This document shows, in pieces, positions 9,676 to 20,005 of a stretch of DNA of 64,000 bases. The first letter of the stretch is position 1, and the number at the start of each line of letters is the position of its first letter. Source of the DNA: a virus. The stretch spans positions 1 through 64,000 of IMG/VR virus record IMGVR_UViG_3300042559_000515; one strand, 5' to 3'. Both the position numbers and the translations under genes were made by a program. The notes beneath the pieces were generated by a model. It saw only the letters and a program-made list of their open reading frames with translations, was not told the origin of the DNA and searched no databases.

Positions 9676-10752
9676 TTAGGCAGTAGGAACTGCGCCACCA
9701 AGGGTGTTGATGAGTACACGAGACTCGTGTGTAATTACACCGAAGCCCCAGATTGCGTACCAGGACAAGCCGTGCTCACGACCGAAGTCAATGACACCAC
9801 CGTCACGGAGTTCCACTGGCAATGCAATGGCCTGACCGAAGGCGTTGTCACCAATCATGATGCCTGTGTATGAGTTGCTAAGAACTGCGTCACGGATGCT
9901 CGTTGCTGGGTTGGAGTCAACGGTGCCGAGACCTGACTTGACCTGTGTGGTTTCAATGAAGACCACATCGTAGATGCGTCCGATTTCACCGAGCATGAAG
10001 TTGCCAGGTGCGGCGTACTTCGTGACTTCAATGAACTCAGGCCAGTCACGCAATGAGCGAGCCTGTGCAGGGTTTACGAAACAAACATAGGTGTCGCCAA
10101 GGCGAGGAATGTTCTGTCCAGCCAAGATTTCAACTGCGTCCTTGATGGTTGCAGGTGAGAGGTAGCCAGGAGCGCCTGAGTTACCAGCGGCTGCATACTC
10201 GTAAGGAGCACGAGGACCACGGGTAGAAGGTGCGGTGCGACCGAACACAACGCTTGGTGCTACAGCCGAGCCACCACCGAATGGTACGCCTGGCTGGTAG
10301 AGGGTGTTGCGTGCCTGGATGTCCATGGACTGTGCCATGTGACGACCAAGAAGTCGTGAAGCCGATGCCATAACATCGTCAAACGAAGCGTTGAGGAGGA
10401 GTTCGGTAACCGAAACTGCCTGACCCTGTTCCTTGACGGTGATTTGAATCTGGCTTGCAGAGAGGGCGACTGGGTTCATACGAACGCCTTCCGTCAATTC
10501 TGCACCACTTGTCTCGTTAATAGCGAGGTTGTTGTAGCGCATGAAGTTGATGGTAAGACCAGGCATGACGCCGAGTTCCGTCTTCTTAACTGCGAACTGC
10601 TCAAAGCGAAGCACGGGCATCGCCTGGAACAGGATTTCCTTTGACCAAATGGTCTGAATGGCGGGGGAGAGATACGAACCGCTGTCGTATCCAGCCGCCG
10701 AAGTTGCGCCAGCGGTAGTTACTGCACCGCCAGCAGGTGTTGGGTATGCCAT
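9676..10752 (-). CDS. Major capsid protein (N4-gp56-like)
   Basis: 358 aa after scaffold; LTEG, GEIG, ELRDGG..DFGREHG..WYAIWG motifs. Confidence 0.9.
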   Translation of the reverse strand: MAYPTPAGGAVTTAGATSAAGYDSGSYLSPAIQTIWSKEILFQAMPVLRFEQFAVKKTELGVMPGLTINFMRYNNLAINETSGAELTEGVRMNPVALSASQIQITVKEQGQAVSVTELLLNASFDDVMASASRLLGRHMAQSMDIQARNTLYQPGVPFGGGSAVAPSVVFGRTAPSTRGPRAPYEYAAAGNSGAPGYLSPATIKDAVEILAGQNIPRLGDTYVCFVNPAQARSLRDWPEFIEVTKYAAPGNFMLGEIGRIYDVVFIETTQVKSGLGTVDSNPATSIRDAVLSNSYTGIMIGDNAFGQAIALPVELRDGGVIDFGREHGLSWYAIWGFGVITHESRVLINTLGGAVPTA

Positions 10753-10789
10753 GGGGCTTTATTCCTTCGGGTTTGTGGTTGTTGTGGGG

Positions 10790-11593
10790 TTAGAAACGGC
10801 CTCGTGGAGACCGTGCATTTAGGAGCCTGTCCCGCATCTGTGCATACTTTTCCATTGACATATTGCGGATGTCATCCGCACTTAACTGCTGGTATTCCGT
10901 CTGAGTTTCCATTGGCCCAACAGGAGGCGCCGTTACTGGTGCCCCCCGCAAACGACTCTGCGATTGCTGAGTTGCTTGCTGGATTGACTCAATAATAGCA
11001 GATGAACGCTCACGAAGTATTGAAATAGAGTTTTCAATTTCTTCAGGACTGTTTCCTGCTACCAAGTCAATAAGTTCAGGAATAATTGATTCCTGTTCCT
11101 GTTGCAGTCGTTGTGCACGATAGTGCTGAATTTCCTGCATCTGGCGTTCTTTTTCAAGCAGTGCCTCTTGTGCTTGGCGCTGTGCCTCAATCTCTGCGAG
11201 ACGACCCTGCCATTCCTGCTCTACGCTATTAATGCGCTGATTGAACTCATCTTCTTTTTTAAGAAGGAGTTCTTTTGCGCTCAATTCATCAATTTCACGC
11301 TGGCGAAGGATTTCTGCTTCCTTAGCGGCACGCTCTTCTGCTTCCTTGCGTGCGGCTTCACGCTCTTGAGAGATGATTGCCATCTGCTCTTCCATGCTCT
11401 TCACACGGGTATCAGCCTCTTCAAGACGCTTGTACATCTTGTCCTTTTCCTGCTTACGGATGTTTTCTACTTCATCCTCAGAAAAGAGTTTGCTGTTGCC
11501 CTTCTTTACTGCATCCTCTACAAATTGCTCCACCATTGGAGCATCCATAGGAACGCTGATGATGTCCCCTTCGGGACCATTGTTCTTAGCCAT
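10790..11593 (-). CDS. Capsid scaffolding protein
   Basis: Glu/Gln-rich coiled coil between portal and capsid; C-terminal MSMEKYAQMRDRLL. Confidence 0.85.
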   Translation of the reverse strand: MAKNNGPEGDIISVPMDAPMVEQFVEDAVKKGNSKLFSEDEVENIRKQEKDKMYKRLEEADTRVKSMEEQMAIISQEREAARKEAEERAAKEAEILRQREIDELSAKELLLKKEDEFNQRINSVEQEWQGRLAEIEAQRQAQEALLEKERQMQEIQHYRAQRLQQEQESIIPELIDLVAGNSPEEIENSISILRERSSAIIESIQQATQQSQSRLRGAPVTAPPVGPMETQTEYQQLSADDIRNMSMEKYAQMRDRLLNARSPRGRF

Positions 11594-11647
11594 AGTATTT
11601 ACCTACCTTGTTTGTTTGGCGTATATGAACTTAATTAATAAGACTAT

Positions 11648-13336
11648 TTATTCTTCGTTAGGTACACGGCGCTGGGCGAACCTTGCTCCGTATGCCTTTG
11701 ATACAAGTTGATTAACCATCTGCTCTTCCATGGGGCCAACGACAGGACCTGGCATTGGACCGCCATCAGAAGAACCGTTTGCTGAAGACACATTAGCACC
11801 TCCAGCAGACACCGTTTCAGGACCAGTAGGTCCAGGAACCATTCCAGTTGCAAGCATTACTGCCATCTGGATTTGTGCGTTCAACATGTCAAGAGCGCCT
11901 TGGTCCATGGCGTCATCTTGCAATTCCTCAAAGATTTCATCCATCTTCTCGTTCGGGAATTCCTCACCGAGGAGACGAAGTGCACCACGCTTGGACTCAA
12001 GACCAAGGGCCATCTTGGCTTGGACCTCATTAAGTTTAATAAGTTGGTCAACAGGCAGAGGCTCAGGCCAATGCACCATTGTCTTATAAGTGTTGGGGTC
12101 AGCAGGGTCCAACTGTGTGAGTTGGTCACGCTCTGGCATTGCAGATTGTGATGGGTCATACATAAGCATTTGAGGCTCAAATACAGCCGCTGTACGAATA
12201 ATGATTTCGTTAATGCGTTCAAGACCCTTAGTGAAGTGAACTTTCTTCATGTTGAAGCGGTTCATCATCGGCTGATACTGAATAGCCAAGGCGGTACCAG
12301 AGGTGTTAGATACAGGCTGGAATTGACCAAGTGCAGTTTCAGGTACACCAGTAATTTCATGCATGGTGCGCTTGAGGAAACCAATAAACTCTAAGGCACC
12401 TGACATCTCACCACGAGATTCAAGGTTAAAGACGCTGGCGTCCTTGGGGAGACCCGCCCAAACCTTTTTAGGTCCACGCTCCAACTGCGAAGCCTTAGCA
12501 CCAGTGATGATAGTGACAGGTGCGGCGTGGTAGTTGATGATGTCAGAAACTTCAACCATCTTCTCGTTGAGTTCACGGTTCAGGGGGATGATATCCCAGA
12601 TGTCTGATTGACCCCATGGAGAAGAAGAAATTGAAGTGTTTGGAATGTGGACAATAGGAATGGTGCCCAAAGCGTTGGGATATTCGTCAACCAATTCATC
12701 ATTAATAAACTGTTGGATAGTTTCTTCAGTGAGGATTTCGGTAAAGGTATAAACCTGGCGGGTTCCTTCAGGAGAGGTACCCCAGAAGCGATACTTCAAT
12801 TTAAAACGAAGCAAGCGGTCACGGTCATGTGGGTGATACTCAGGGAAACAATGAGCAGGGTTCAAAGGAATAATACGGATGCGTCCCTCAATGGGTACAC
12901 CGATGGAGTCAACATAAGGTTCCTCGTAAGCAACCTTCACAAAACAGTCACCAGTGACCGAAGCCAACTGACCCATTTCCCACATTACATAGTGTTTGTG
13001 GTTGTGGTTTTCCCAAACCTGATGAAGGAGTCGGGGAATAATTGCGCTGTTTGCTTCTGGTGTACGGAACTGGATTCCCTTACCAAAGCAGAAGTTGGTG
13101 ATGTAGTCCGAGAATGTACGGACATAGTTCATGTAGAACTGAGACTCACCCATCTCACGGCGGTACGACCAATGATGTCCAAGATACCAAGCCCACGCAG
13201 CAGCGTAACGGTTTAGACGGGGTCCATGTACCTCAAACTCTTCGTCTGCAAGTTCAACTAAACCAAGTGGGGAAATGGCGACTGTTAAGTCGCTTGATGA
13301 TGCACGATAAGACGGTGACCAGAAGTCCATTGCCAT
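11648..13336 (-). CDS. Portal protein (SPP1 gp6-like)
   Basis: 562 aa; G.IPIVHIPN, WGQSDI, SGTAL motifs; synteny. Confidence 0.9.
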   Translation of the reverse strand: MAMDFWSPSYRASSSDLTVAISPLGLVELADEEFEVHGPRLNRYAAAWAWYLGHHWSYRREMGESQFYMNYVRTFSDYITNFCFGKGIQFRTPEANSAIIPRLLHQVWENHNHKHYVMWEMGQLASVTGDCFVKVAYEEPYVDSIGVPIEGRIRIIPLNPAHCFPEYHPHDRDRLLRFKLKYRFWGTSPEGTRQVYTFTEILTEETIQQFINDELVDEYPNALGTIPIVHIPNTSISSSPWGQSDIWDIIPLNRELNEKMVEVSDIINYHAAPVTIITGAKASQLERGPKKVWAGLPKDASVFNLESRGEMSGALEFIGFLKRTMHEITGVPETALGQFQPVSNTSGTALAIQYQPMMNRFNMKKVHFTKGLERINEIIIRTAAVFEPQMLMYDPSQSAMPERDQLTQLDPADPNTYKTMVHWPEPLPVDQLIKLNEVQAKMALGLESKRGALRLLGEEFPNEKMDEIFEELQDDAMDQGALDMLNAQIQMAVMLATGMVPGPTGPETVSAGGANVSSANGSSDGGPMPGPVVGPMEEQMVNQLVSKAYGARFAQRRVPNEE

Positions 13337-13385
13337 AGTTCTACCCCTCCTTCCTTGTGGTGGTATGTAGTTTACACAAAATTAT

Positions 13386-14036
13386 TTAGTTTGCTTTTTC
13401 GCCAAGTTCAAGGAATGTCATTTGACCAGTGCCAGCAACTGTCTTTTTACGACCGCCTCGTGTGCGGATAACATCAGGCTCTGTAAGGTAGCCAAGAGCC
13501 ATACCCTCACCAACAGGTGTACCACTATCGGGGTACTCATCAATTGATTCTTGTGTTAGTTCTAACTTGTTGTTTTCTTTAATACCTTCAACAACTTCAG
13601 GCTTAGTGATGTTCTTTTCAAACATGTTTCGGTCAATGTTGTACAAAGCCCACTGGTCACCTTCCATTGCGGCTTTACGAGCCGCTTGTGCACCAGCAGG
13701 TGAGTCGGAGTAATTCTTTGAAACATCTAAGAAAGCCGCATCACCAATTTCTGGGTCATCAGAACTACGCCATGTTCCAAGAAACATGTCTGGAGATGAC
13801 AAAAGTTCTTTTGTTGCAGGCTGTTCACCGTATGAAATTACAGACTCTGGAGTTAACTCCGCTGTTGGTACAGGCTTCTCATAACCAGGAATTGAAACCA
13901 TTGTTCCCGTTGTAGGTTCTGCACCAGTTTTTAAGTCAACTGTGAATCCGCCACCCATGGTGCGGTCAACAACCTTCTGTGGGTCTACAGGAAAAGACCA
14001 GCCCTGCCCAACATTAAAATGTTCTCTGCGGCCCAT
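13386..14036 (-). CDS. Hypothetical protein (weak resemblance to phage SAM-lyase fold)
   Basis: GGFTV..G..P..G.MVS and LGTW...FLDVS...A...DQWALY pattern. Confidence 0.6.
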   Translation of the reverse strand: MGRREHFNVGQGWSFPVDPQKVVDRTMGGGFTVDLKTGAEPTTGTMVSIPGYEKPVPTAELTPESVISYGEQPATKELLSSPDMFLGTWRSSDDPEIGDAAFLDVSKNYSDSPAGAQAARKAAMEGDQWALYNIDRNMFEKNITKPEVVEGIKENNKLELTQESIDEYPDSGTPVGEGMALGYLTEPDVIRTRGGRKKTVAGTGQMTFLELGEKAN

Positions 14037-14353
14037 TACTTGGCGCTCTTTGCAGGAGCCTTCTTCTTTGCTGGTGCCTTCTTAGCAGGAGCCTTCTTGA
14101 CTTCCTGCTTTGCAACTTCTTCTTGCACTTCGCTAATGATTGCAGGTGCTTCCTTTACAACCTTTGCAAGGAAAGAAGCAACTTTCTTGTCACCAACCTT
14201 GGTGCTGGCATATGCCAGTACAGCGGTGGAAGCAGTGATGATGCCAGCCTGAGCCTCAGCGTCAACATTCCACTTAACCAGTGCCCAAGCAACTGCTCCG
14301 AGAACTACACCCTTAATGGATTGGTCTGCAATTTGAGAATTCTTAATAGCCAT
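14036..14353 (-). CDS. Two-TM membrane protein (holin-like) with PAKK tail
   Basis: Two hydrophobic helices; KKAPAKKAPAKKKAPAK C-terminus; leaderless TATAAT. Confidence 0.6.
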   Translation of the reverse strand: MAIKNSQIADQSIKGVVLGAVAWALVKWNVDAEAQAGIITASTAVLAYASTKVGDKKVASFLAKVVKEAPAIISEVQEEVAKQEVKKAPAKKAPAKKKAPAKSAK

Positions 14354-14372
14354 TTGCCAATTATACGCTAAA

Positions 14373-14669
14373 TTATCGGTGCAGGTAGTTGATTTTCTTG
14401 ACCATGCCCATGGGAATCATAATTCCGTTTCCAGCATGGGTGTCATTAATCAGAGATACCAACTTGATGCACTCTTTGTCTTTGTGCATCAAATAACCAA
14501 CAGAGAGTGATTGGGCAGGCTTGGACTTCTGAATTTCTTCATGACCAAACCACCCAGACTCAATGTCCGATGCATCTAACCAAAGGACTTCTACCAGAGG
14601 GGGCTTGGTAGGGTTCTTCTTGGTAAATACTAAATCTACGAACTTTTTGAAATCTGGGAGGTCTGGCAT
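14373..14669 (-). CDS. Hypothetical phage protein
   Basis: VEVLWLDA..GW, SVGYL, IPMGMV; leaderless TAAAAT. Confidence 0.75.
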   Translation of the reverse strand: MPDLPDFKKFVDLVFTKKNPTKPPLVEVLWLDASDIESGWFGHEEIQKSKPAQSLSVGYLMHKDKECIKLVSLINDTHAGNGIMIPMGMVKKINYLHR

Positions 14670-14678
14670 GACCTCATT

Positions 14679-15818
14679 TTACCCTAGTATTTTACCCTTG
14701 TAGAACATGGTCCCATCATGGATGGGGAGCATTTCGGGGTGGAACGGTCCGTCACCCTCTTGGTAGTGGATAATTCCAAGACCCTGTTGCCAGTCCTCCA
14801 CACAGGTAATGGGGCGACCATCAAGGTCCATCCCACCCTTGGTTGAGGGTACTGCACCATCTACACGGGCTAGACAGCCAAAGGAGATAGCCGCAATCGT
14901 CTTAGGACCATCCCAGTCACTACGGGTGCGCTCTGCCCACTCACGGCGGTGGATGTGTCCATAGACCACAGATGACTTCTCAGTAGCCAAATACTTGTGG
15001 GCAGTAGAGCCTCCAGAGGCAACCTTGGTTCCATGGATAATCTTGATGCGATTATTCAACCAGAACTGGCTGGCTGGATATCCAGCAAAATACTCCACTC
15101 CAAAGTCCTCAAAACGGCACAAGAATGGAATTGACAGCACTGGGAAAGAGTCAGGGGTATTCCCCCGCTTTAATCCAAATGCGGCTTTGGCATTATCAAT
15201 GATGTAGTTGGTAAGACGAATCTCGTGGTTACCCTCCATCCAGATGATACGAGCATAAGGAGCCGCATCCCTCAGTTGTGCACACAGTAGTGTCAGGTAA
15301 TCAATGGTTGCCTGAGTGGTAAGCGAGAACGCAGGACTCAGTCGGTACTTTGACATTTCAGGAAGGTCAGCATTGTCACCATTCAAAGCGATGATGTCAG
15401 GCTTCTCTGCCTTGATTACTGCAAGTGCGTAATCCATAGCGACAGGGTCATGGGTACTAACTAACTCACCACTGGCGTTTCGGAAAAACCCAGCCTGAAT
15501 GTCAGGGAGTACCACACACTTCTTCCAATCAGAAGTTGACTGCTTAACAGTCGTCTTTGGCATCTTGATTGCAGGACCCTGATTAACAGGATTCCATTCA
15601 GGACCATCTGCCCACTTAGGTGAAAATTGGATTGCAGAGAGGTCATGAATCTGTGCTTCTCCATCTTGGTCTTTTGTTAAAGACTGATAGAGAGAGACCC
15701 TCTTTACTGAACCAATTTCATTAATGTCAATGTTTTGGCGCTCAAGAACTTCAAGAAGTTTTCCTAGCGCTTTTGCATTATGTGATGGCGTGTTAAGGTC
15801 ATTCGCCAAATCGCTCAC
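14679..15818 (-). CDS. Calcineurin-like metallophosphoesterase
   Basis: PDIQ, GDNAD, GNHE, IHG, GHIHR, WQQG motifs. Confidence 0.85.
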   Translation of the reverse strand: MSDLANDLNTPSHNAKALGKLLEVLERQNIDINEIGSVKRVSLYQSLTKDQDGEAQIHDLSAIQFSPKWADGPEWNPVNQGPAIKMPKTTVKQSTSDWKKCVVLPDIQAGFFRNASGELVSTHDPVAMDYALAVIKAEKPDIIALNGDNADLPEMSKYRLSPAFSLTTQATIDYLTLLCAQLRDAAPYARIIWMEGNHEIRLTNYIIDNAKAAFGLKRGNTPDSFPVLSIPFLCRFEDFGVEYFAGYPASQFWLNNRIKIIHGTKVASGGSTAHKYLATEKSSVVYGHIHRREWAERTRSDWDGPKTIAAISFGCLARVDGAVPSTKGGMDLDGRPITCVEDWQQGLGIIHYQEGDGPFHPEMLPIHDGTMFYKGKILG

Positions 15819-16095
15819 AGGGGCACTCCTTATTTACATGTCGTTGTACTGTTGAAACACTGATGTCATGCCCGTTTCTACGAAGCATTTTTGTCAGCCA
15901 TGTTGCACTATACGCTTTTGAACGACCTTGTCCACGGTCAGCACGAATGCGCTCAATTGCGTTATCTAGGCTTGCTTGGTCTTCAGTGTCAAGACCGTCA
16001 CTAATAATTTTTATCTTACATGCACCAGTAATAAAACTAGGTGGTGGTGCTTCAAGGTCCGCACTAAGCGAACTCTTCTTGGCTTTTTCTGTCAT
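15799..16095 (-). CDS. Small HTH-like protein
   Basis: SATWLTKMLRRNGHDISVSTVQRH...CPC. Confidence 0.6.
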   Translation of the reverse strand: MTEKAKKSSLSADLEAPPPSFITGACKIKIISDGLDTEDQASLDNAIERIRADRGQGRSKAYSATWLTKMLRRNGHDISVSTVQRHVNKECPCERFGE

Positions 16096-16168
16096 TCAGA
16101 AATCTCCTCACGATGAAGTTACAAACCTCGTCATGAAGGTTATCACGAACTAATGCGTGATGAAAGGG

Positions 16169-16378
16169 TTATTTTTTAAGATGCCAATCAATGTGGTCAT
16201 CTAGTCGTACAGAGACATGGTCTACAGAAGTTTGCACCTTGTCTAGACGAGTCATTACTTGACCGTGGTCCTCAGTGTTGGACTTCTTTAGTGATTTAAA
16301 TTCTTTAATTGCCACACCAAACAGTCCGCCCACTGTGGTGATACTGGCAACAATAATTGTGGCGAGTGCTGGGTCCAT
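16169..16378 (-). CDS. Single-TM coiled-coil protein (holin/lysis-associated candidate)
   Basis: N-terminal TM then N..DHG.V..RLD...RLDDHIDWH. Confidence 0.65.
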   Translation of the reverse strand: MDPALATIIVASITTVGGLFGVAIKEFKSLKKSNTEDHGQVMTRLDKVQTSVDHVSVRLDDHIDWHLKK

Positions 16379-17286
16379 TAGATATAGGGCTGTCCTCTAC
16401 GAGGGGGTCCTTGTTTCATGACCCTTCCATCTGGCCTGGTTCTCTCAATCTGCTTTCCTACAAGCCATTTAACTGCTTGCGCCCCTGGAAGTGTGATTCC
16501 ATGACCTTCAGTGAAACTTCTGATGCGTGATGATTTATTGAGGTCAGGAAGAATAGAACGCATCACTTCTTCATGGTCTTCATAGCGTGTTGTACCACCA
16601 CGCTTTAAAGATGCAGTACCGATACCTCGTGGGTCTTGCCATGGGCGCATCATATTGGCAGTCATATCAGACTCACGACCATCTACTGTCATTACTGAAG
16701 TGTCACCAGCAATGTTCCTATAGAAAGAGTTTACTTTTGGTGAACTACTGCGGGGTAGAATTTCTTCGGGGTCTGCACCTTCTAGAATATTGAGTGCTTT
16801 TACAACATTTGTATCAGATGATACAGATATAGATGGTGCCCGTTCCTTCATCATTGCCTGAACTTCAGGAATACGGCCTGTAGGCTTCAATAAATTTTCA
16901 GGCACTTCTTCACCACGAGTACGAAAATCAGTGGAAAGTGCTCTATTGATGACTCTATTTGACTCTGACTGACGGTGGCTTTCACGAACCATTGCCCGTT
17001 CTGCTGGTGTCATAGATGCAATTTCTGCAAAAGCATTAATGTTGTTGCTATCAAAGTCCATGTTTGGTGATACAGCGGCGACAATTCCAGAACCATGTGC
17101 TGGACTAATGCCAATGTCTAATGAACCTTTTCGTGTGGCTTCTTGTACACCTGGGTACCAAAGAAGTCCTTCTTGTAAAGTTTCATCTGAAGCACCAAGA
17201 ATCAAGTCTTTGGAACGCTTGCGAGCATCAGCAAATTGTTCCGCATTGATTTTAGGGTTTACATCAAAAAAAGGAAATTTTGCCAT
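16378..17286 (-). CDS. Hypothetical protein, possible HhH-GPD glycosylase-like fold
   Basis: WY...GIVAAVSP, PKVNSFYRNIAG, MTVD, QAVKW pattern. Confidence 0.55.
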   Translation of the reverse strand: MAKFPFFDVNPKINAEQFADARKRSKDLILGASDETLQEGLLWYPGVQEATRKGSLDIGISPAHGSGIVAAVSPNMDFDSNNINAFAEIASMTPAERAMVRESHRQSESNRVINRALSTDFRTRGEEVPENLLKPTGRIPEVQAMMKERAPSISVSSDTNVVKALNILEGADPEEILPRSSSPKVNSFYRNIAGDTSVMTVDGRESDMTANMMRPWQDPRGIGTASLKRGGTTRYEDHEEVMRSILPDLNKSSRIRSFTEGHGITLPGAQAVKWLVGKQIERTRPDGRVMKQGPPRRGQPYI

Positions 17287-17726
17287 CAGTAATCTCCTCC
17301 AGCGTCCACATTCTCTTTGTTTACCTTGCGGTAAGCCGCTGTACCACGCTGACGCTGGCGACCAGTGTCAATAGGGCGAGATGGACGGCGAACAGGTTCT
17401 GGCTTCTTGTCAATGTCAAGGTGACCTGGCTTAAAGTTGTCTAGAGGGTCGGTGTAGGGGATACCTACACCAGACATGTGGCGCTGCACATCAATACCAC
17501 CACGAGGTCCCATTGGGCTGGGAACATATGGGCTTCGGAACTCGGTACCAAAATCAGGTCGCTTATAGAACTGCTCACTAAACAATGAGCGCTTAAGGCC
17601 CCGCATTAACGGTCTGAAGTTATATGGAACACCCGCCCCTGCAAAAACAGGAGCAATAGGCATGTCTGCCGTAGAGGTAGGTCCGCTACTGTCCTGTGCG
17701 GGGGCGCCTGCGTCTGCGCCCTCCAT
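17286..17726 (-). CDS. Hypothetical protein
   Basis: Coupled ORF in operon; Pro/Arg-rich. Confidence 0.65.
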   Translation of the reverse strand: MEGADAGAPAQDSSGPTSTADMPIAPVFAGAGVPYNFRPLMRGLKRSLFSEQFYKRPDFGTEFRSPYVPSPMGPRGGIDVQRHMSGVGIPYTDPLDNFKPGHLDIDKKPEPVRRPSRPIDTGRQRQRGTAAYRKVNKENVDAGGDY

Positions 17727-17731
17727 GATTA

Positions 17732-18133
17732 TCAGTCGTAGACGACAGTTGGGTTCGGACGGTTCATGTGACCACCCGTGTTGTACTCATACTCAAAGTA
17801 TGGCATCGCATCGCCAGCAATTGAACCCTGTACGAATTCGCTGAGAACCGTAGGAGCCTCAATCCAGGTAGCGGCGCCAACATGTGCACGCTCTGCCATG
17901 GTCTGTTCTGCATGCTTGTAGAACATCTCTGGGTTGTTGTGGTTCATACGCATTGGGGATGGTGCGGTGTCCATATATGCACCCTGAGCGAAGTCCATAG
18001 GAACATCGGTGTCGGTGGCGACTCCCTCTTCAAAACGAAGAGGACCCTTGTTCATTGGGATGCTTGGCGCAAAAGAGCGTTCAAACACTGGGCTGTGCTT
18101 CTCAGGAAACATTGGTGCTGGTGAAACATTCAC
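17732..18133 (-). CDS. Hypothetical phage protein
   Basis: GGAGGA SD; GPLRFEEGVATDTDVP motif. Confidence 0.75.
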   Translation of the reverse strand: MNVSPAPMFPEKHSPVFERSFAPSIPMNKGPLRFEEGVATDTDVPMDFAQGAYMDTAPSPMRMNHNNPEMFYKHAEQTMAERAHVGAATWIEAPTVLSEFVQGSIAGDAMPYFEYEYNTGGHMNRPNPTVVYD

Positions 18134-18196
18134 TGTAAATAGTCCTCCAAATAGGGGGTTGTGACTTTCTACAAGAATAGCATTTTTATGAACGCC

Positions 18197-19762
18197 CTAC
18201 CTGAAGAATGGGCTATTTGACTCTTGAATCTGTGGCATCGTGTCCATAACGGTCATTGCACAGGCAATTGCAAGGCTATCAGGGTAGTCGTCAAAGGCTC
18301 CCTTTTCATTTGGAGCCGCCGCTAACAGGTAAGGACCTTTATATACTTTTTCTAGGTCAGACATCTGTTGATTGAATCTTTTCCATGTACGAGTACGGCG
18401 AGCCTTACTATGACCAGGAAGGATGAGTTGGTCACGCTGAATAATCTCTGTGAGATGCACCCAGCGCTCGTTCTGAGCCTTTGAATCAGATGAGATGGCT
18501 AATACCTCAATATTAGGTAAAAGAATCTGTAGACGCTCTGCTACAGCGCCACCAACGCCCTGTGCGTCCACTCCTACACGGAGCAGGTCATAATGTCGCA
18601 AGAAGTCCACAATGTGGAAATATTGGGATTCCCATTCTTCATTGTTAATCTCAAGCCAGTTCAGGACACGATGCTCATAGAAACCGAATGGGTCTGGGTG
18701 GTCCCAGTCAACCCAGCACACAGTCACTACCGTTGAGTCGTTGGCTCTCGCCACATCTATCCCAGCGACACAAGGTGTGCGCCACCATTCTTTAACCAAT
18801 GGCATAGACGGGTCGTACAGTCGTTCCATACGCTCTTCAGTAACGAACATACCTTTTTCAAGGATGAACTTGTTCATGTAAGACATTTGGAATTCGTCAG
18901 AGTCTTCGCCAATACGCAATTTCTCTTTAGCGATGAATTTGGAGTAGTTGGGGTTGTATTTAGACGCAACCCTGTAGTCATACTCAAAGTGTGCGTTTCG
19001 GTGACCACGACCACCATTGGCGGAACGGCGCTTGTTATATTGAATCATCTTATAGAAATAAGATTTATGACGGTTAGCCGTACCAGTAAGGACCATAGAA
19101 CCGTTGTTGAACGCCAACATGGGGGCAATTGACTTGGTAATCATGACTTCATCGGCTTCCTGAGCCTCGTCCACTAGGACCATGTGGTAGGTCTTGGACT
19201 CAATCTTTGCCTTAGGGTTACATGTCTGCATACGACAGAGTGAACCAGAGTTCTTAAGGGTAATAAGGCGACCACGACCACGGGTACCACCACCTGTTGC
19301 CTTGTCATCAATCTCTGGGTCAAGGAGGAACTCAAGAGCATGGTCGCTGGTCAACTTGGACACGATACGACCAAACACAGTGTCGGCCTGCTCCTCGGTA
19401 GGAGCAAAAGTTCCAACCCAGAATCCCTTCTCAAACTTACCTAGCCACAGAGGGTAGACAGGAGCCAACTTGGGAAGGATGACCATCATGCCCGCAATAA
19501 CGGCAGACAAAACTTCAGACTTACCTGACTGGCGGGTTGCCACCACTGTCATTAGGTCACCGTCACCAAGGACGGCGGACTCTACGATTCGGTAAGCAAT
19601 TGGAATCTGGTAGGGGAAGAACTCAACATCACAGAACTCTTCGGTGAAGATAATGATGCGCTTAACTAGTTGGTCAATGAACTCGGCAGAGGTTTCATCA
19701 AGTTCCTCGCCCTCACCGAAATCTTCAGTAGGTTCAATTAGTTCATTTTCGTCTAAGGACAT
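18197..19762 (-). CDS. terL: Terminase large subunit
   Basis: Walker A ATRQSGKS, Walker B VLVDEAQ, nuclease GIDVA and DDYPDS. Confidence 0.95.
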   Translation of the reverse strand: MSLDENELIEPTEDFGEGEELDETSAEFIDQLVKRIIIFTEEFCDVEFFPYQIPIAYRIVESAVLGDGDLMTVVATRQSGKSEVLSAVIAGMMVILPKLAPVYPLWLGKFEKGFWVGTFAPTEEQADTVFGRIVSKLTSDHALEFLLDPEIDDKATGGGTRGRGRLITLKNSGSLCRMQTCNPKAKIESKTYHMVLVDEAQEADEVMITKSIAPMLAFNNGSMVLTGTANRHKSYFYKMIQYNKRRSANGGRGHRNAHFEYDYRVASKYNPNYSKFIAKEKLRIGEDSDEFQMSYMNKFILEKGMFVTEERMERLYDPSMPLVKEWWRTPCVAGIDVARANDSTVVTVCWVDWDHPDPFGFYEHRVLNWLEINNEEWESQYFHIVDFLRHYDLLRVGVDAQGVGGAVAERLQILLPNIEVLAISSDSKAQNERWVHLTEIIQRDQLILPGHSKARRTRTWKRFNQQMSDLEKVYKGPYLLAAAPNEKGAFDDYPDSLAIACAMTVMDTMPQIQESNSPFFR

Positions 19763-19768
19763 ATTTCC

Positions 19769-20005
19769 CTATGGTTGTGTGGAACGAGATTGCAACTCAT
19801 CCCAAAGGTCTTTTACAAGATTTAACACCCTAGAGAATTCATCGGGTGATGCTTTATGGAATGCCCATTGGTCATAGGTGGCTCCAAGTTCCATAAGGCA
19901 AGCATTAAGCCACCCACGGAGTTGGATGTCATCCATATTTTTAATGCGGTCAGCCCGTGGGCGCTCCTGTTTTGTTTCCTTTCGGAACAGCATTCCAGTT
20001 TCCAA
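19769..20005 (-). CDS. Hypothetical protein
   Basis: Helical ORF directly upstream of terL. Confidence 0.6.
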   Translation of the reverse strand: METGMLFRKETKQERPRADRIKNMDDIQLRGWLNACLMELGATYDQWAFHKASPDEFSRVLNLVKDLWDELQSRSTQP

